Shown here one piece after another: positions 12,941 through 24,879 of a stretch of 64,000 bases of DNA. The notes under the pieces are model-generated. The model had not been told where the DNA came from and did no database searches. It worked only from the letters and a program-made list of their open reading frames with translations. Made by a program: the position numbers and the translations under genes. The stretch is from Octopus sinensis (taxonomy: Eukaryota): the NCBI RefSeq assembly GCF_006345805.1, contig NW_021833258.1, forward strand, positions 84,239-148,238, written 5' to 3'. The first letter of the stretch is position 1; each line of letters opens with the position of its first letter.

Positions 12941-13460
12941 AAAAAATTCAGTTACTCGCCACTATTTTAAATTTTTTAGTTTAAGATAAGATTTAATCAA
13001 GATGAATAAAATAATTCCACATTTATTAACAATGCGGACGTGTACTCATTTATCTTTTGAGGAATAGTTGTGCAAAACATATTGAACTTTTTGGCTAATT
13101 TTTTCATTGTGCAACGAAAAGAAAAGGAAATTACTAGATTGTCTCAGAAAATTGAATGAGAATATGGAATTTATGAATGATAAAAAAATTTAACATTTAA
13201 AAGATGGAGTTTCATTAACCTATTTTGTTTGGAATGAAGTCACAGAAAAAACTATCAAAAATTGTTTCAGCCATGCTAAGTGGATTCCATGTGAAGAGCA
13301 AATTCAATCTTCTCACTATACGGATCGAATATCAATAATGCTTTCTTCAAATATGACTGGCAACGATAAACTAGCACTATTCATTATTGGAAAAATCAAA
13401 AATCCTAAGTGCATTACAAATTTTAGCTACCGAAGTTCTGTAACCTATCATAATTTAAAA
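12941..13460 (+). mobile_element. Second, rearranged copy of the 792-2181 Tigger family
   Basis: Near-identical segments (aattcagttactcgccacta; atgcggacgtgtactc; gtttcagccatgctaagtggattccatgtgaagagc) in the opposite orientation, plus an ASNMTGNDKLALFIIGK-type DDE segment. Confidence 0.8.
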
Positions 13461-14375
13461 AAGCATGCCTGGATTTTAAGTTATTCATTCTTGTAAGAAT
13501 AGGATATCAGTTTGGCAAAAGAAAAACGCAAATACTATTTTTAATTGACCTAATGTCCATCTTACAAGATTTTTTAAAAAATTACAGTAAATTTTACATG
13601 TTTTTACATACATTGAGAAGTACTTTAAACAGAAGGATAAAGTTAATTTAAATGTGTTAAATCATCTTGATGTGTTCAAGAATAAAGTTAATTTAAGAAG
13701 AAACATCAAAACAAATATTAAACACTAGCTCGGCAGCTCGCTTCGCTCACCGCGACCTAGCTCCTGCGGAGGGACTGTTTTCATCAAACACTATAAGTTT
13801 ATGTAGATGTATAAACTACCTGGTTTAATGTAACCCTATTCTATCGCCTGTTGATAAACGATGTTTGTCGTCCGTCCTTCCTTGGGCATATATGAATAAA
13901 TTTTCTCTTCTGCCTACCCTCGAGCATCCCACATACAGCTGTCCATGTGAAAAGCACTCACTCTCTAAAAATAACCCACTACCTTTAATGACTGTCCCTG
14001 GGCCTTGTTTATTGTCATTGCAAACTTTTTTTTTCATTTTTTTGTGTCTATTTTTTTTATATTTAATTTTTTCATTTTTTCCTTTGTAATTCCTTTTTTT
14101 TCTTTTTTTTTTTGTTGTTTTTACTGGCGGAATGGGGCAGGGGGAGATGCGGCAGGCAAGAAAAGCGACACACAAAAAAGATTTAATTAATTACCTTATT
14201 AAGCTGACCGTTTTTTCTTCAGCTTCGTTTTTCCTCCTTCGGTTATCTATTTAAAAAATTATTTTTGGAATAATAAAAAAGTTTAGGAAAGAGGCATACC
14301 GAAAATAAATTCTATCTTTACGAAAAACTCAAGTAAATAGTTAATATTTTTACGCAAATTCTTCTGATTGCGCTG

Positions 14376-14578
14376 TCAATTGGTGGTAAATGTGTTAATG
14401 GTTGTGCTAATGTGGTTTCAACTATCAAAGTGTTTTTCAAAATCTGTTAATTGCACACTCTATTCAAGGTCGTGCGTCAATTGTGGTAAAAATTGTGTTA
14501 ATGATTGTGCTAATGTGTTTCAACATCAAAGTGGTTTTTCAAAATCTGTTAATTGCACACTCTATTCAAAGTCGTGCA
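14376..14578. repeat. Two-copy ~101-bp direct repeat inside the Helitron
   Basis: tcaatt(g)gtggtaaa...aaaatctgttaattgcacactctattcaa.gtcgtgc starting at 14376 and 14477. Confidence 0.85.
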
Positions 14579-14796
14579 ATCTGTGATTGCACATTCTGTC
14601 AAAGTCAAATATGATAATAGCTTTAATTTTGATTCATGGTCGATAATGAATATGCATTTAATTTTAAAAGAAAAACATAGGATGAATTGAATTTCTTTAT
14701 CGCGAATAATGGGGAGTTCATCATTGTTAATATTCTCGCTGTCGTTTTCATCAAGGATATTCTTAATACGTGAGATTTTTGCCTTGAAGGTTTTAA

Positions 14797-16970
14797 TGGA
14801 CCTCATCATGAATGTCGAGGACATTCGCGTTGTTCATTTTAATCAAAATGCAGAAAATAATTTTTGATTTTTTGGGGGGAGGGTTTAAGGACTTCATCAT
14901 GTAAGTCGAGGACATTGTAGTTGTTCATTTTACCAAAATGCAGAAAATTTTTTTTTATTTTTTTTGGGAGGGAAGGTTTTAAGGACTTCATCATGTAAGT
15001 CGAGGACATGTAGTTGTTCATTTTAACCAAAATGCAGAAAATTTTTTTTTAATTTTTTTGGGGGGGAAGGTTTTTAAGGACTTCATCATGTAAGTCGAGA
15101 CATTGTAGTGTTCATTTTAACAAAATGCAGAAAATTTTTTTTAATTTTTTTGGGGGGGAAGGTTTTAAGGACTTCATCAGTAAGTCGAGACATTGTAGTT
15201 GTTCATTTTAACCAAAATGCAGAAAAATTTTTTTTTAATTTTTTTGGGGGGAAGGTTTTAAGGACTTCATCATGTAAGTCGAGGACATTGTAGTTGTTCA
15301 TTTTAACCAAAATGCAGAAAATTTTTTTTAATTTTTTTGGGGGGAAGGTTTTAAGGACTTCTCATGTAAGTCGAGGAACATTGTAGTTGTTCATTTTAAC
15401 CAAAATGCAGAAAATTTTTTTTTATTTTTTTTGGGGGGGAAGGTTTTAAGGACTTCATCATGTAAGTCGAGGACATTGTAGTTGTTCATTTTAACCAAAA
15501 TGCAAAAAATTTTTTTTTTATTTTGTTTGGGGGGAAGTTTTAAGGACTCATCATGTAAGTCGAGGACATTGTAGTTGTTCATTTTAACCAAAATGCAGAA
15601 AATTTTTTTTTAATTTTTTTGGGGGGAAGGTTTTAAGGACTTCATCATGTAAGTCGAGGACATTGTAGTTGTTCATTTTAACCAAAATGCAGAAAATTTT
15701 TTTTAATTTTTTTTGGGGGGGAAGGTTTTTAAGGACTTCATCATGTAAGTCGAGGACATTGTAGTTGTTCATTTTAACCAAATGCAGAAAATTTTTTTTA
15801 ATTTTTTTTGGGGGGAAGGTTTTAAGGACTTCATCATGTAAGTCGAGGACATTGTAGTTGTTCATTTAACCAAAGCAGAAAATTTTTTTTTAATTTTTTT
15901 GGGGGAAGGTTTAAGGACTTCATCATGTAAGTCGAGGACATTGTAGTTGTTCATTTTAACCAAAATGCAGAAAATTTTTTTTTAATTTTTTTTGGGGGGA
16001 AGGTTTAAGGACTTCATCATGTAAGTCGAGGACATTGTAGTTGTTCATTTTAACAAAATGCAGAAAATTTTGTTTTATTTTTTTTGGGGGGGGAAGTTTT
16101 AAGGACTTCATCATGTAAGTCGAGGACATTGTAGTTGTTCATTTTAACCAAAATGCAGAAAATTTTTTTTTAATTTTTTTTGGGGGGGAAGGTTTTAAGG
16201 ACTTCATCATGTAAGTCGAGGACATTGTAGTTGTTCATTTTAACCAAAATGCAGAAAATTTTTTTTTAATTTTTTTTGGGGGGGAAGGTTTTAAGGACTT
16301 CATCATGTAAGTCGGAACATTGTAGTTGTTCAATTTAACCAAAATGCAGAAAATTTTTTTTTAATTTTTTTGGGGGGGGAAGGTTTAAGGACTTCATCAT
16401 TAAGTCGAGGACATTGTAGTTGTTCATTTACCAAAATGCAGAAAATTTTTTTTTAATTTTTTTGGGGGGAAGGTTTTAAGGACTTCATCATGTAAGTCGA
16501 GGACATTGTAGTTGTTCATTTTAACCAAAATGCAGAAAATTTTTTTTAATTTTTTTGGGGGGGAAGGTTTAAGGACTTCATCATGTAGTCGAGGCATTGT
16601 ATTGTTCATTTTAACCAAATGCAGAAATTTTTTTTTAATTTTTTTTGGGGGGGGAAGGTTTAAGGACTTCATCATGTAAGTCGAGGACATTGTAGTTGTT
16701 CATTTTAACCAAATGCAGAAAATTTTTTTTAATTTTTTTGGGGGGAAGGTTTTAAGGACTTCATCATGTAAGTCGAGGACCTTGTAGTTGTTCATTTAAC
16801 CAAAATGCAGAAAATTTTTTTTAATTTTTTTTGGGGGAAGGTTTTTAAGGACTTCATCATGTAAGTCGAGGACATTGTAGTTGTTCATTTTAACCAAAAT
16901 GCAGAAAATTTTTTTTTTATTTTTTTTGGGGGGGAAAGTTAAGGACCTCATCATGTAAGTCGAGGACATC
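14797..16970. repeat. Tandem array of ~94-bp units, about 24 copies
   Basis: Unit aaggacttcatcatgtaagtcgaggacattgtagttgttcattttaaccaaaatgcagaaaa-T7-9-aa-T7-8-G5-8-aaggtttt. Inner copies differ almost only in homopolymer length; first and last copies are diverged. Confidence 0.98.
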
Positions 16971-17522
16971 GTATTGCCAATTTGAAGTTGTGTGCACACA
17001 CAGACAGACACAGACAGAACACACCCATACCATTTTATTATTAAGAAGAATAAATGATTTTTTAAAGGAACTTTGTGTCTTCATTTTTATTAACTTAATT
17101 TTCCAATTGATTTTGTTGGTTTTTGCTGATACTCCAATTTGTTCTTTATTTTTAATTTAACAAGTCCCAACTGTTTTCTAAGAGTTTTTGCCTACGGTTC
17201 AAGACTCCTGCAAGTCTAGTGTAGATGACGATACCACATCCTTGCACTTTAATGTCAGGGATTTCAGCTATATTTAATTATTTAGGTAATATTGACTGCT
17301 TCCATTAATAAGTATATTTAATTATCGCAGGGTCGTGGTCAGTCTTTTTTGTTTTTGCAAAGGAAAGAGTCTTTCTTATGTTAAAAAATACTTTCAGTAA
17401 AAATAAATCGTAAACATAATAATGGTACTTTGATCCTATTTCCCGATTAATGCCTCCTTAATTTGATTAAATTCCTTAATATTTCTGACGTAACCCCTAA
17501 ACCCAGGCATCAAAAAAATCTA

Positions 17523-20037
17523 TGTCACCGGCTGGATAATGCCCTGGGTTGGATAATGCCTCCTCAACGTTATTTTAAAAAAATAAATATTTTTTCAAAT
17601 TAATTTTGATTAGATTTTTTGATTTTCTTAATTATTTTAGTAGTTTATCAAAGTTTTTTTTCAAATTAATCTAGCGTGCAAATTTATTTTGGTTATCTAA
17701 GTTTTCCAATTTGAAAAATAATAAGTATAATTGATCAAATCTATATTTCAAAAATGGTTTTACTCAACCTTACCAAAGATGAACTTGAAGTAATCAAAAA
17801 TATTCAAATAGATGTTTTTTATATGGACCGATTGCAGATTTAGTGGATTTAAGAAGGTATGCTAGCCTTAATAGCGATAATGGATGGCTATTTCTTTTTG
17901 TATAAATTGTAGTTGGTTGTGGTTATAGACTCATGTTCTAAATTCGCAGTTGTAAAACTTGCCAGGCGGAAATCAGCGGAGGAAATTAGTAGAAAATTAA
18001 AGAATATTTTTTACATGATTGGTCGCCCATTTATTCTACAGACGGATAATGGGAAAGAATTTAAGAACAAATGTATGGAAACAATGTGTAATGATCTGAA
18101 AATCATACACATAAGTGGACGCCCTAAAGCACCATGGATTCAGGGTCATGTAGAAAGGCAAGTTATTTGTAAATTTATCTTTAGATTCAATCAATCGATC
18201 AAAAGGTGGATTAGCTCAACTAGTGCCTCAAATGGGTCTTTTGGAAGCTATAAAGACTTCTATCAAGAAATCGTTTATAAATATAACATGGCGAAGCATG
18301 AAACGACCAAGAGGACACCTTTCGAAATTTTTATGGGAGGAAATAAGATCGGCGTTATTGTCATTCGATGGAAATGAAGCGGTTGAATCAAGTCAATCGG
18401 AGATAATTGGATCTGATTATTTCGAAAACGAGGACGATTGTTTGAATCAACAAAGTGTGTATGAAAGCCATGTTTTCGCCGGAGAAAAAATGAAAAGGAG
18501 GCGGAAATGGAAATTTAATGAAGATTTATCCGTAGGAGATAATGCCCTACTGAGACATGATATTGATGCAAATCCAAATAATCGAAAATGCCCCTATACG
18601 ATCAGATCGATTCAACTATATATGAAATATCGGAAGTTGATACAGACACGTGCGCACTTAAAGATCTGAATGACGAATCATCCAAAAATGTACACAAAAG
18701 TCCTATAAAAAAATATGAATCTTATAAAAAATTTTTATATAATAAAAATTCATGAATTTTTAATATTTGTTTTTAAATGGTAGACCTAAAAAATTGTATA
18801 ATTATAATAAAAAACGTTATTGATTCGGAAAAATTGGTGATGCCGGTTTTTGCTGACTCTTGGAAAAATTCATTCAATCAAAAAATTGATAAAAAATTGA
18901 ATAAATCGACTTAATTTCATTATCAAGTTATTTTTAATTAATTATCAGGTTATTTTCGTTTGATTTTAATAAAATTTTTAAGGGGGTATTATCCAACCCA
19001 GGGCATTATCTAGCCCAGGTGTTCTCAACCGGGGGCGAATCGCCCCCCTAGGGGCGAAAATTTTGTACAAGGGGGCGATAATTTTGTACAGGGGGGCGAT
19101 AATATATTTAATAAAAAATAAAATTTATATTTATTAAAAATTGTTTAATTAGAATATTTTTAATGGCAAGCCTAATAATTTAGACTCAAAATTTAATGAA
19201 ATTACTATTCTTCTTCAAGGAAATTTTGTCAACATGATTGATTGCAAAAGAATAATGAAAACATTTGAAAAAAATTATTGCTTTATCGACATAATTTTTC
19301 TAAAATCAGTTTGGAAACATTTCACAACTATCTGAGATAAGTAAATATTTTAGTCAAAACAATATTTTGACATATTGTCAACATTTGACGGAACTAGAAG
19401 CGGATATATCTCTTAGATTCAAAGATTTGTTTGATTTGGAATTTGAAGCATGGATGATTGATCCGTTTTCATGTGTGCCAGAAGATATGAACGAAACAAT
19501 CCAAGAAGAGATAATTGAATTTAAATATAATGAAGAATATATTCACAGATTTCAACAGGATGGTATCTCTAAATTTTGGCAATCAAAAGATCTACAAATG
19601 AAATTTCCAAATTTATGGAAGGAAATGAGTAATGTACTATTGACATTCCCTACCACTTATTTGGTTAAAAGTGGATTTAGTTTTGTCAATCATAATACAC
19701 AATGTGAAAAAAATAGACTGGAAGTGTGTTATAGAGGCGATATACGCCTAAAGTTGAGCAGAATTAAACCCGACATAGAATATTTAGCGAGAGTAAACAT
19801 CAATATCAAGGGTCTCACTAATAATTTTAATAAAAATTCAATTTTTACATTTGATTTATAATTTTATATTTTGATTTTTGAGTTATGTACAAAAAACAAC
19901 CAATTAAGGGACAATGCCAAAAAATTTTTAAATTGTAGGTGGACAAGGGGGCGATAAAATTTCAAAGGGGGGCGACAAAATATCTAAGGGGGCGATGAAC
20001 AAAAAAAGGTTGAGAATGCCTGATCTAGCCTGTGACA
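17523..20037 (+). mobile_element. Ginger/TDD-like DNA transposon (rve integrase), internally deleted, both ends present
   Basis: TGT...ACA termini. TIR TGTCAC(C/A)GGCT(G/A)GATAATGCCCTGGGTTGGATAAT. 5-bp TSD ATCTA (17518-17522, 20038-20042). Integrase core VVIDSCSKF...LQTDNGKEF...QGHVER-FNQSIKR with a 27-nt GC-AG intron at 18158-18184. Confidence 0.85.
19016..20022 (+). mobile_element. hAT (Buster/Charlie) deletion derivative inserted in the right TIR of the Ginger element
   Basis: TIRs caggtgttctcaacc / ggttgagaatgcctg. Exact 8-bp TSD ATCTAGCC (19008-19015, 20023-20030). ORF 19367-19861 carries the hAT C-terminus (LLTFPTTYLVKSGFS...RGDIRLKLS). Confidence 0.92.
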
Positions 20038-20044
20038 ATCTATT

Positions 20045-20435
20045 TTTATATATTCATGGGTGTTGAAAATTCTGGAAGGATTGGTGAAAAGGAAATGAAG
20101 CAACTTTTAGCATATGATTTGACGGGATTATAAGAAGCCCGAGAAAGTTAATTAGAAAATTTAATTATTGCTGGCAAAAAATGGTTGAAAAAAGAAAATG
20201 GAGATACCACGAAGAAAATATCAATGTCGGAACGACTGTGCTTTTAAGGTCTCAGCGTCAAATTAATTTTTAGACAGAACAACGATGCCAATGTTCGGCA
20301 GAATCCACTGTACGATGGACTTGATGTTAATAAGTATATTGTTGTCGAGTGAACAAATGATCTCTATGTTATCGAAAAGGAGGACGGGGAGCGGTTACAC
20401 GGAATTCATATTTCTCGAATAGCTAAAATGGATTA
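20045..20435 (+). mobile_element. C-terminal fragment of another Ginger-family copy
   Basis: KRKWRYHEENINVGTTVLLR-(25-nt intron 20249-20273)-QNNDANVRQNPLYDGLDVNKY, homologous to 18490-18640 and 61400-61530. Confidence 0.7.
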
Positions 20436-21239
20436 ATTTTCACAAATCTAGAATAAAAATAATTTTTTTTAATGAACGATAAATTTTTTGTGAAAATTTT
20501 ATTAGGATAACCTAAAATGGACTCTGACCCTGGGACATCGTCGTCTCAGTCCGATCATGTGGGCAGGATCGAACCTTTCAGAAGGATATCCGTCGCTTGA
20601 TTGGGGGATCACGGGGATTATAATTAACTGGTTTACCCTGGTTTTTTGGTCATTAAATAAATAAAAAATGGAATAGCCAACATGGCGGAGAGGATCATCG
20701 AATTGGAGAAGATGGTATGATTTGTGACATATATACTCTTCTCATAATCACTTCTATTCGTACTCACAATTCTAGAATTATTAATTTGGTTTACGAAATT
20801 GGTTGAGCACTCTTCTCTGAGAGGCACATTATCTGTGGCTTAGTTAAATGAAGTCTATAATGAGCCAGTAACCATACGCAATTTGTGCTGGCTTGAATTT
20901 GACAAAATGAAAATTCTATTAAAAGGCATGTATCTAAACTTACAAAACAAAAAGACAAAGAAGAAAGAGATAGAATATAGTGAAGTTTTGGTACTTTTCT
21001 ATTTCACGAATCACGAAAATAGGCACTAAATTAATTAATGAAAATTTATTTAAATATTAGAGGTAAAATTAAAAAAAATGAACTATGCCGATTTTGTAAA
21101 ATTATAATTTTTTTAAAATAAAACTTTGAATTTTTTAATCGGTTGTGTGGATGGACGGTCACGTTGGGATGAGAAAATACGCAAAATTGAAGGACTACGA
21201 ACTCCCTCTCTCTGAGATGGAGTCAGTAGGTTGGAATCA

Positions 21240-22000
21240 TTCCAACCGAAAAGAAATGCGCCAAAAGACATCTGATGACCCTAAAGCGAGATGGTACAAC
21301 TTGGGTGTGCGATAAAAGCGAGTGTCGAATTTAAAGTTCTGTCCAAAACGGTGTAATAAGAGAGTACTTTATTTTTAGGTACGTGGCTCGAAGGCACGAC
21401 AGTGTCCTTAGAATCTTGTATTCGTTTTATTTATATGTGGAGCTTCGACAGACACACCATTTTATGGTGTCAGCGTCAACTGGAATGGAGTGGCCAAACG
21501 ATATGTAATTGGTCTCACTCGCTGCGGGAGGTATGTGCAGCATATTTAGCAAATCGCCCGAACAAACTGATTGGTATTATATTACATTATTAGATTGCAT
21601 AGGTGGAATTGAAAATGTCGTTGAAGTTGACGAAAGTATGTTTTCGAAAAGAAAAAATAATGCGGGACGGATTCTCCCTCAACAATGGGTGTTTGGGGGA
21701 ATCTGTCGTGGAACAAAAGACTGTTTCCCGGAGATGGTACCAGATCGCTCCAAAAGAACGTTAACCGCAGCGATAAAGCGAAATATCGCACCGGGTTCAG
21801 TGATACACTCTGACAAATGGAAGAGTAATTGTAATTACTTTATTCTTGTTAATAGGTTATTCAACCCCAGATCTAAATGCTCTTGCTTATGTGCACCTTA
21901 CAGTTAATCACAAGTTTATTATAATTCATTTATAAATTTGCAGACGAAATTTTGTAGACCCGAAGACCGGTGCACATACCCAGACTGTTGAGATGTTCGT
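21240..22000 (+). mobile_element. Merlin (IS1595/ISXO2-like) transposase, intron-containing, decayed
   Basis: Spliced reading KLIGGIENVVEVDESMFSKRK...QWVFGGICR...IHSDKWKSY...HLTVNHKRNFVDPKTGAHTQTVE, using GT-AG introns at 21574-21602, 21825-21855 and 21914-21943. Confidence 0.87.
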
Positions 22001-22399
22001 GTAGCAAAAATTATATACAAAAATATAGAATGTTCACATCATCATATACAGATTCACATCACAGACAAAGATTTGTTTCTGCCAAAAGAGACATTTACTA
22101 TTTGGTCAGAGTATCGATTCGACAGTAACTAAAATGAGTGGCAATGTCTATTCATTATTGTTATGTTTATTGGTTCTTTTAATCTTCTCTTATATGAAGG
22201 GAGTCGATTTGAAGGCATCCATTAATGCTGATAAACATTATTAACAGTGATTAGTGTTTTATGGTGTGGGACAGATGGGTTTAATGGTTAAAAAGGAGGA
22301 GACATGGACATCATCAGCATTTATTGTGTATGGCGAAGTACCCATTTTTAACAAAGTAGCCTCTCATCAATTGGACGTCAACTCATTCCTCTTCAAACT

Positions 22400-23135
22400 G
22401 TCCTGCTTTCGAAGTTCTTTGAAAATTCCCCTTCGCATTCCAAAGTCAGCAAGGATACAAGTTTCCAAATGTCTTACTTCATTCATCAACGTCTCACGTC
22501 TAATAGTTGGGAAGTATGCCCTCGTCTAATCAGTTTTGCCCCACTGGCGCACGGAACCCCTATCCGCACTGGGAAAATCCACATCCTCTCGCAGAATTGA
22601 TTAAAGAGAACATCAACAGAATCTCTTCACACCCAATAACAACCTTGCCCCATGTTTATCGCAAGCATTCCCAAAATAACAAAAGAACACCTCACAGGAG
22701 GACACCCTGAATGATCATGTTTGTGTCAAACTAGCCGGGCTGCCATTCGCAGTCTCAAACGACGACAATTTCCAAATTGAACAATATTATTCCAAGCCCA
22801 CCTATTTAAGGAAGGTGAAAAGGTCTTCTTAGCCATTCAACAGGACCAAGTGTCAAAAGACCAAGACTTTAGCAACCAGAAGCACATCACCTTTGCCTTG
22901 CACTCCACAAAATCATCGTATTCTCACGGCCCGGATAAAATCCCGGTCATTCTATTAAAAAACCTTGGTGTCAAAGGAGTCAGACTCCTAACATCTATCT
23001 TCAACTATTCAATCAACAATAATGTGATTCCGTCAATATGGAAACATGCCCTAATAAGACCGATACTGAAGCCTGGAAGACCAAGAGCAGACCCGGCATC
23101 TTTCAGGCCGATTTCTCTTTTAATTTGCACTCGAT
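22400..23135 (+). mobile_element. APE-type LINE fragment (start of RT)
   Basis: SHGPDKIPVILLKNL...WKHALIRPILKPGRPRADPASFRPISLL. Confidence 0.75.
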
Positions 23136-23139
23136 TATG

Positions 23140-23359
23140 AAATTCTGTATTTCTGTTATTAACAAATATCCAATCTTAGGTAAAAATGCACTGGAAGTGA
23201 CAGTTCACTTTCCAACCACTTATTTATGTAAAATGGAAAAGTCTTGTTATTCTAACTAAACTGCTTTGGATTAAAATGATCCCGATTTAAAGTGATTTTT
23301 TTATGTTTGAACAGCCTCTGTTTTTGGAACAGTGGATGTTCCAAACGGAGGTTAGACTG
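23140..23359 (+). mobile_element. hAT C-terminal scrap joined to a pogo-type right TIR
   Basis: KYPILGKNALEVTVHFPTTYLC; then gttccaaacggaggttagactg ending at 23359, followed by TA. Confidence 0.5.
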
Positions 23360-23659
23360 TAAACATATTTCTAGATTATTGAATTTTCATACAGTAAAAT
23401 TTAAATAGATATAGAAATCGTCAAGAAATAGGGTTTTGTAGAAAAGTCAAAAAATGTATTGAATAGTTAAAATGTAAAAAAGATTAAATTATTGCAAAAA
23501 TAAGACCAATACAATTACAAAATATCAAATATTTTAAGAAATTCTGTAAGCAAACAATATATTTAATCAATTTTTATACAAAATTAACCATTAATATAAG
23601 AAAATAAATTAACGAAAATAAAACAATAAGCAACAACAAAACAAAATATGCGTTTTTAA

Positions 23660-24230
23660 AAATCAAACTTTACAATATGTTCGTAAAACCAGTCCTGCTG
23701 TACAACTCCTCCTCTTGGGCACTCAGGAAATGGAAAATCTCAATTCCTTCCACAGAATGCAGCTGAAAAAACGGATTTCAAAGGATTAAACAACAAAACG
23801 GATTTCAACATCAATATTCTTAGTAATATTGAAAACAATTGAATATATTGAATAACTTTGGACTTGGAAAAAATGCAGTTTTTTAGAAAAATTTGTGAAA
23901 TTGTAGATGTGGTCTGGCAAATGGACGGTGACGGATGTAATTGTTAGATGCGCAATATGTGATTCAACATAACCACTTGGATGGGCGAACGAAGAAATAA
24001 AGATGGAATGCTAGTCTCTACATACAACCAAATTGATTATATTATATGCCGGATTAATGACAAACGCCCTCTCATAGACGCACGCTCATATGAAGATTTA
24101 GTCAGTGATCAGAGAGTGGTTATTGTCACCTTCACCATGGCCAAACATAAGAAACATAACAACATTACAAACAATGTTATAATTGCAACACATTTTGAGA
24201 AATTTTACAATGTGATTAAACACCCCTAAA
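23660..24230 (+). mobile_element. RTE-like LINE scraps
   Basis: FYNMFVKPVLLYNSSSW (RT thumb) and TYNQIDYII...RSY..SDQRVV (APE C-terminus). Confidence 0.5.
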
Positions 24231-24790
24231 GGAACTAATTACAATTTTGGAAATAAAAACAGCATGTTAAAAACTAAAAAATAACAAAAGCCCTGGACTA
24301 GATACAATAAACCCAGAATTCAAAATATGGCCTTTACTTCCTTTTTGAAAAAATCGCTACACTACTAACTTAATGTTTTCAACTAACTCAACTTATTAAC
24401 CATTGAAAGAATGAATATTTATTTGACCTAAATGACACATTAATTTTACAAAATCATAAGTAATACCCCTATAATTTTATTTTTATAATTAATTTTTAAT
24501 TAAAATCAGACAAATTCGAATTAGAGAGAGGAATTTGTGTGTTTTCGAGATTTCCGCTATACCCAACTGGTCCGCAATAAATCACATTTGCTTTATTCAA
24601 GTCTCATATCGCAGCTCATGCCTGACAAAGTAAAATACGCGCCAAGCGAGTATTTCTCTTGACTCCATCGCTATGAGACAATTGATGAAACTCTGAACCC
24701 GGATCACCTAAATCCACAAGTGGACTACATGATTCACAATACAGCCACGATATGCTCATTAAATATGGCGCTAGCAAGTGAAGAAAAATG

Positions 24791-24862
24791 TCCCCGTTCG
24801 TCTAGGGGTTAAGATACCGGCCTTTCATGCCGGTGACCCGGGTTCGAATCCCGGACGGGGAA
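24791..24862 (+). tRNA. tRNA-Glu (anticodon TTC)
   Basis: Acceptor TCCCCGT/ACGGGGA; anticodon stem CCGGC/GCCGG with loop CTTTCAT; T arm CCGGG-TTCGAAT-CCCGG; 72 nt; T4 run just downstream. Confidence 0.93.
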
Positions 24863-24879
24863 TAATTTTATAAATTTTA

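Larger units (their letters stand above)
13725..17049 (-). mobile_element. Non-autonomous Helitron with an internal tandem array
   Basis: 5' end TCTTCTTAATAATAAA followed by (GTCT/GT)n microsatellite. Pif1 helicase C-terminus FAMTINKAQGQSLKVVG / CFSHGQLYVGCSRVG at ~13860-14010. GC-rich imperfect hairpin, then CTAG followed by T at the 3' end (13725). Confidence 0.78.

Noticed and set aside
14010-14130. T-rich tract and its K-rich or F-rich ORFs
   Set aside because: Low-complexity sequence, possibly noisy consensus; no independent support for coding.
14368-14586. Cys-rich ORF as a captured toxin or minicollagen-like gene
   Set aside because: The Cys pattern comes from a two-copy 101-bp duplication with indels between copies; no splice structure or family motif recognised.
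14839-17011. Repetitive ORFs (MNNYNVLDLHDEVLK...) as a repeat protein or CRISPR-like array
   Set aside because: They are translations of the 94-bp tandem array. Homopolymer indels break frames, there are no unique spacers and no cas genes, and the context is eukaryotic.
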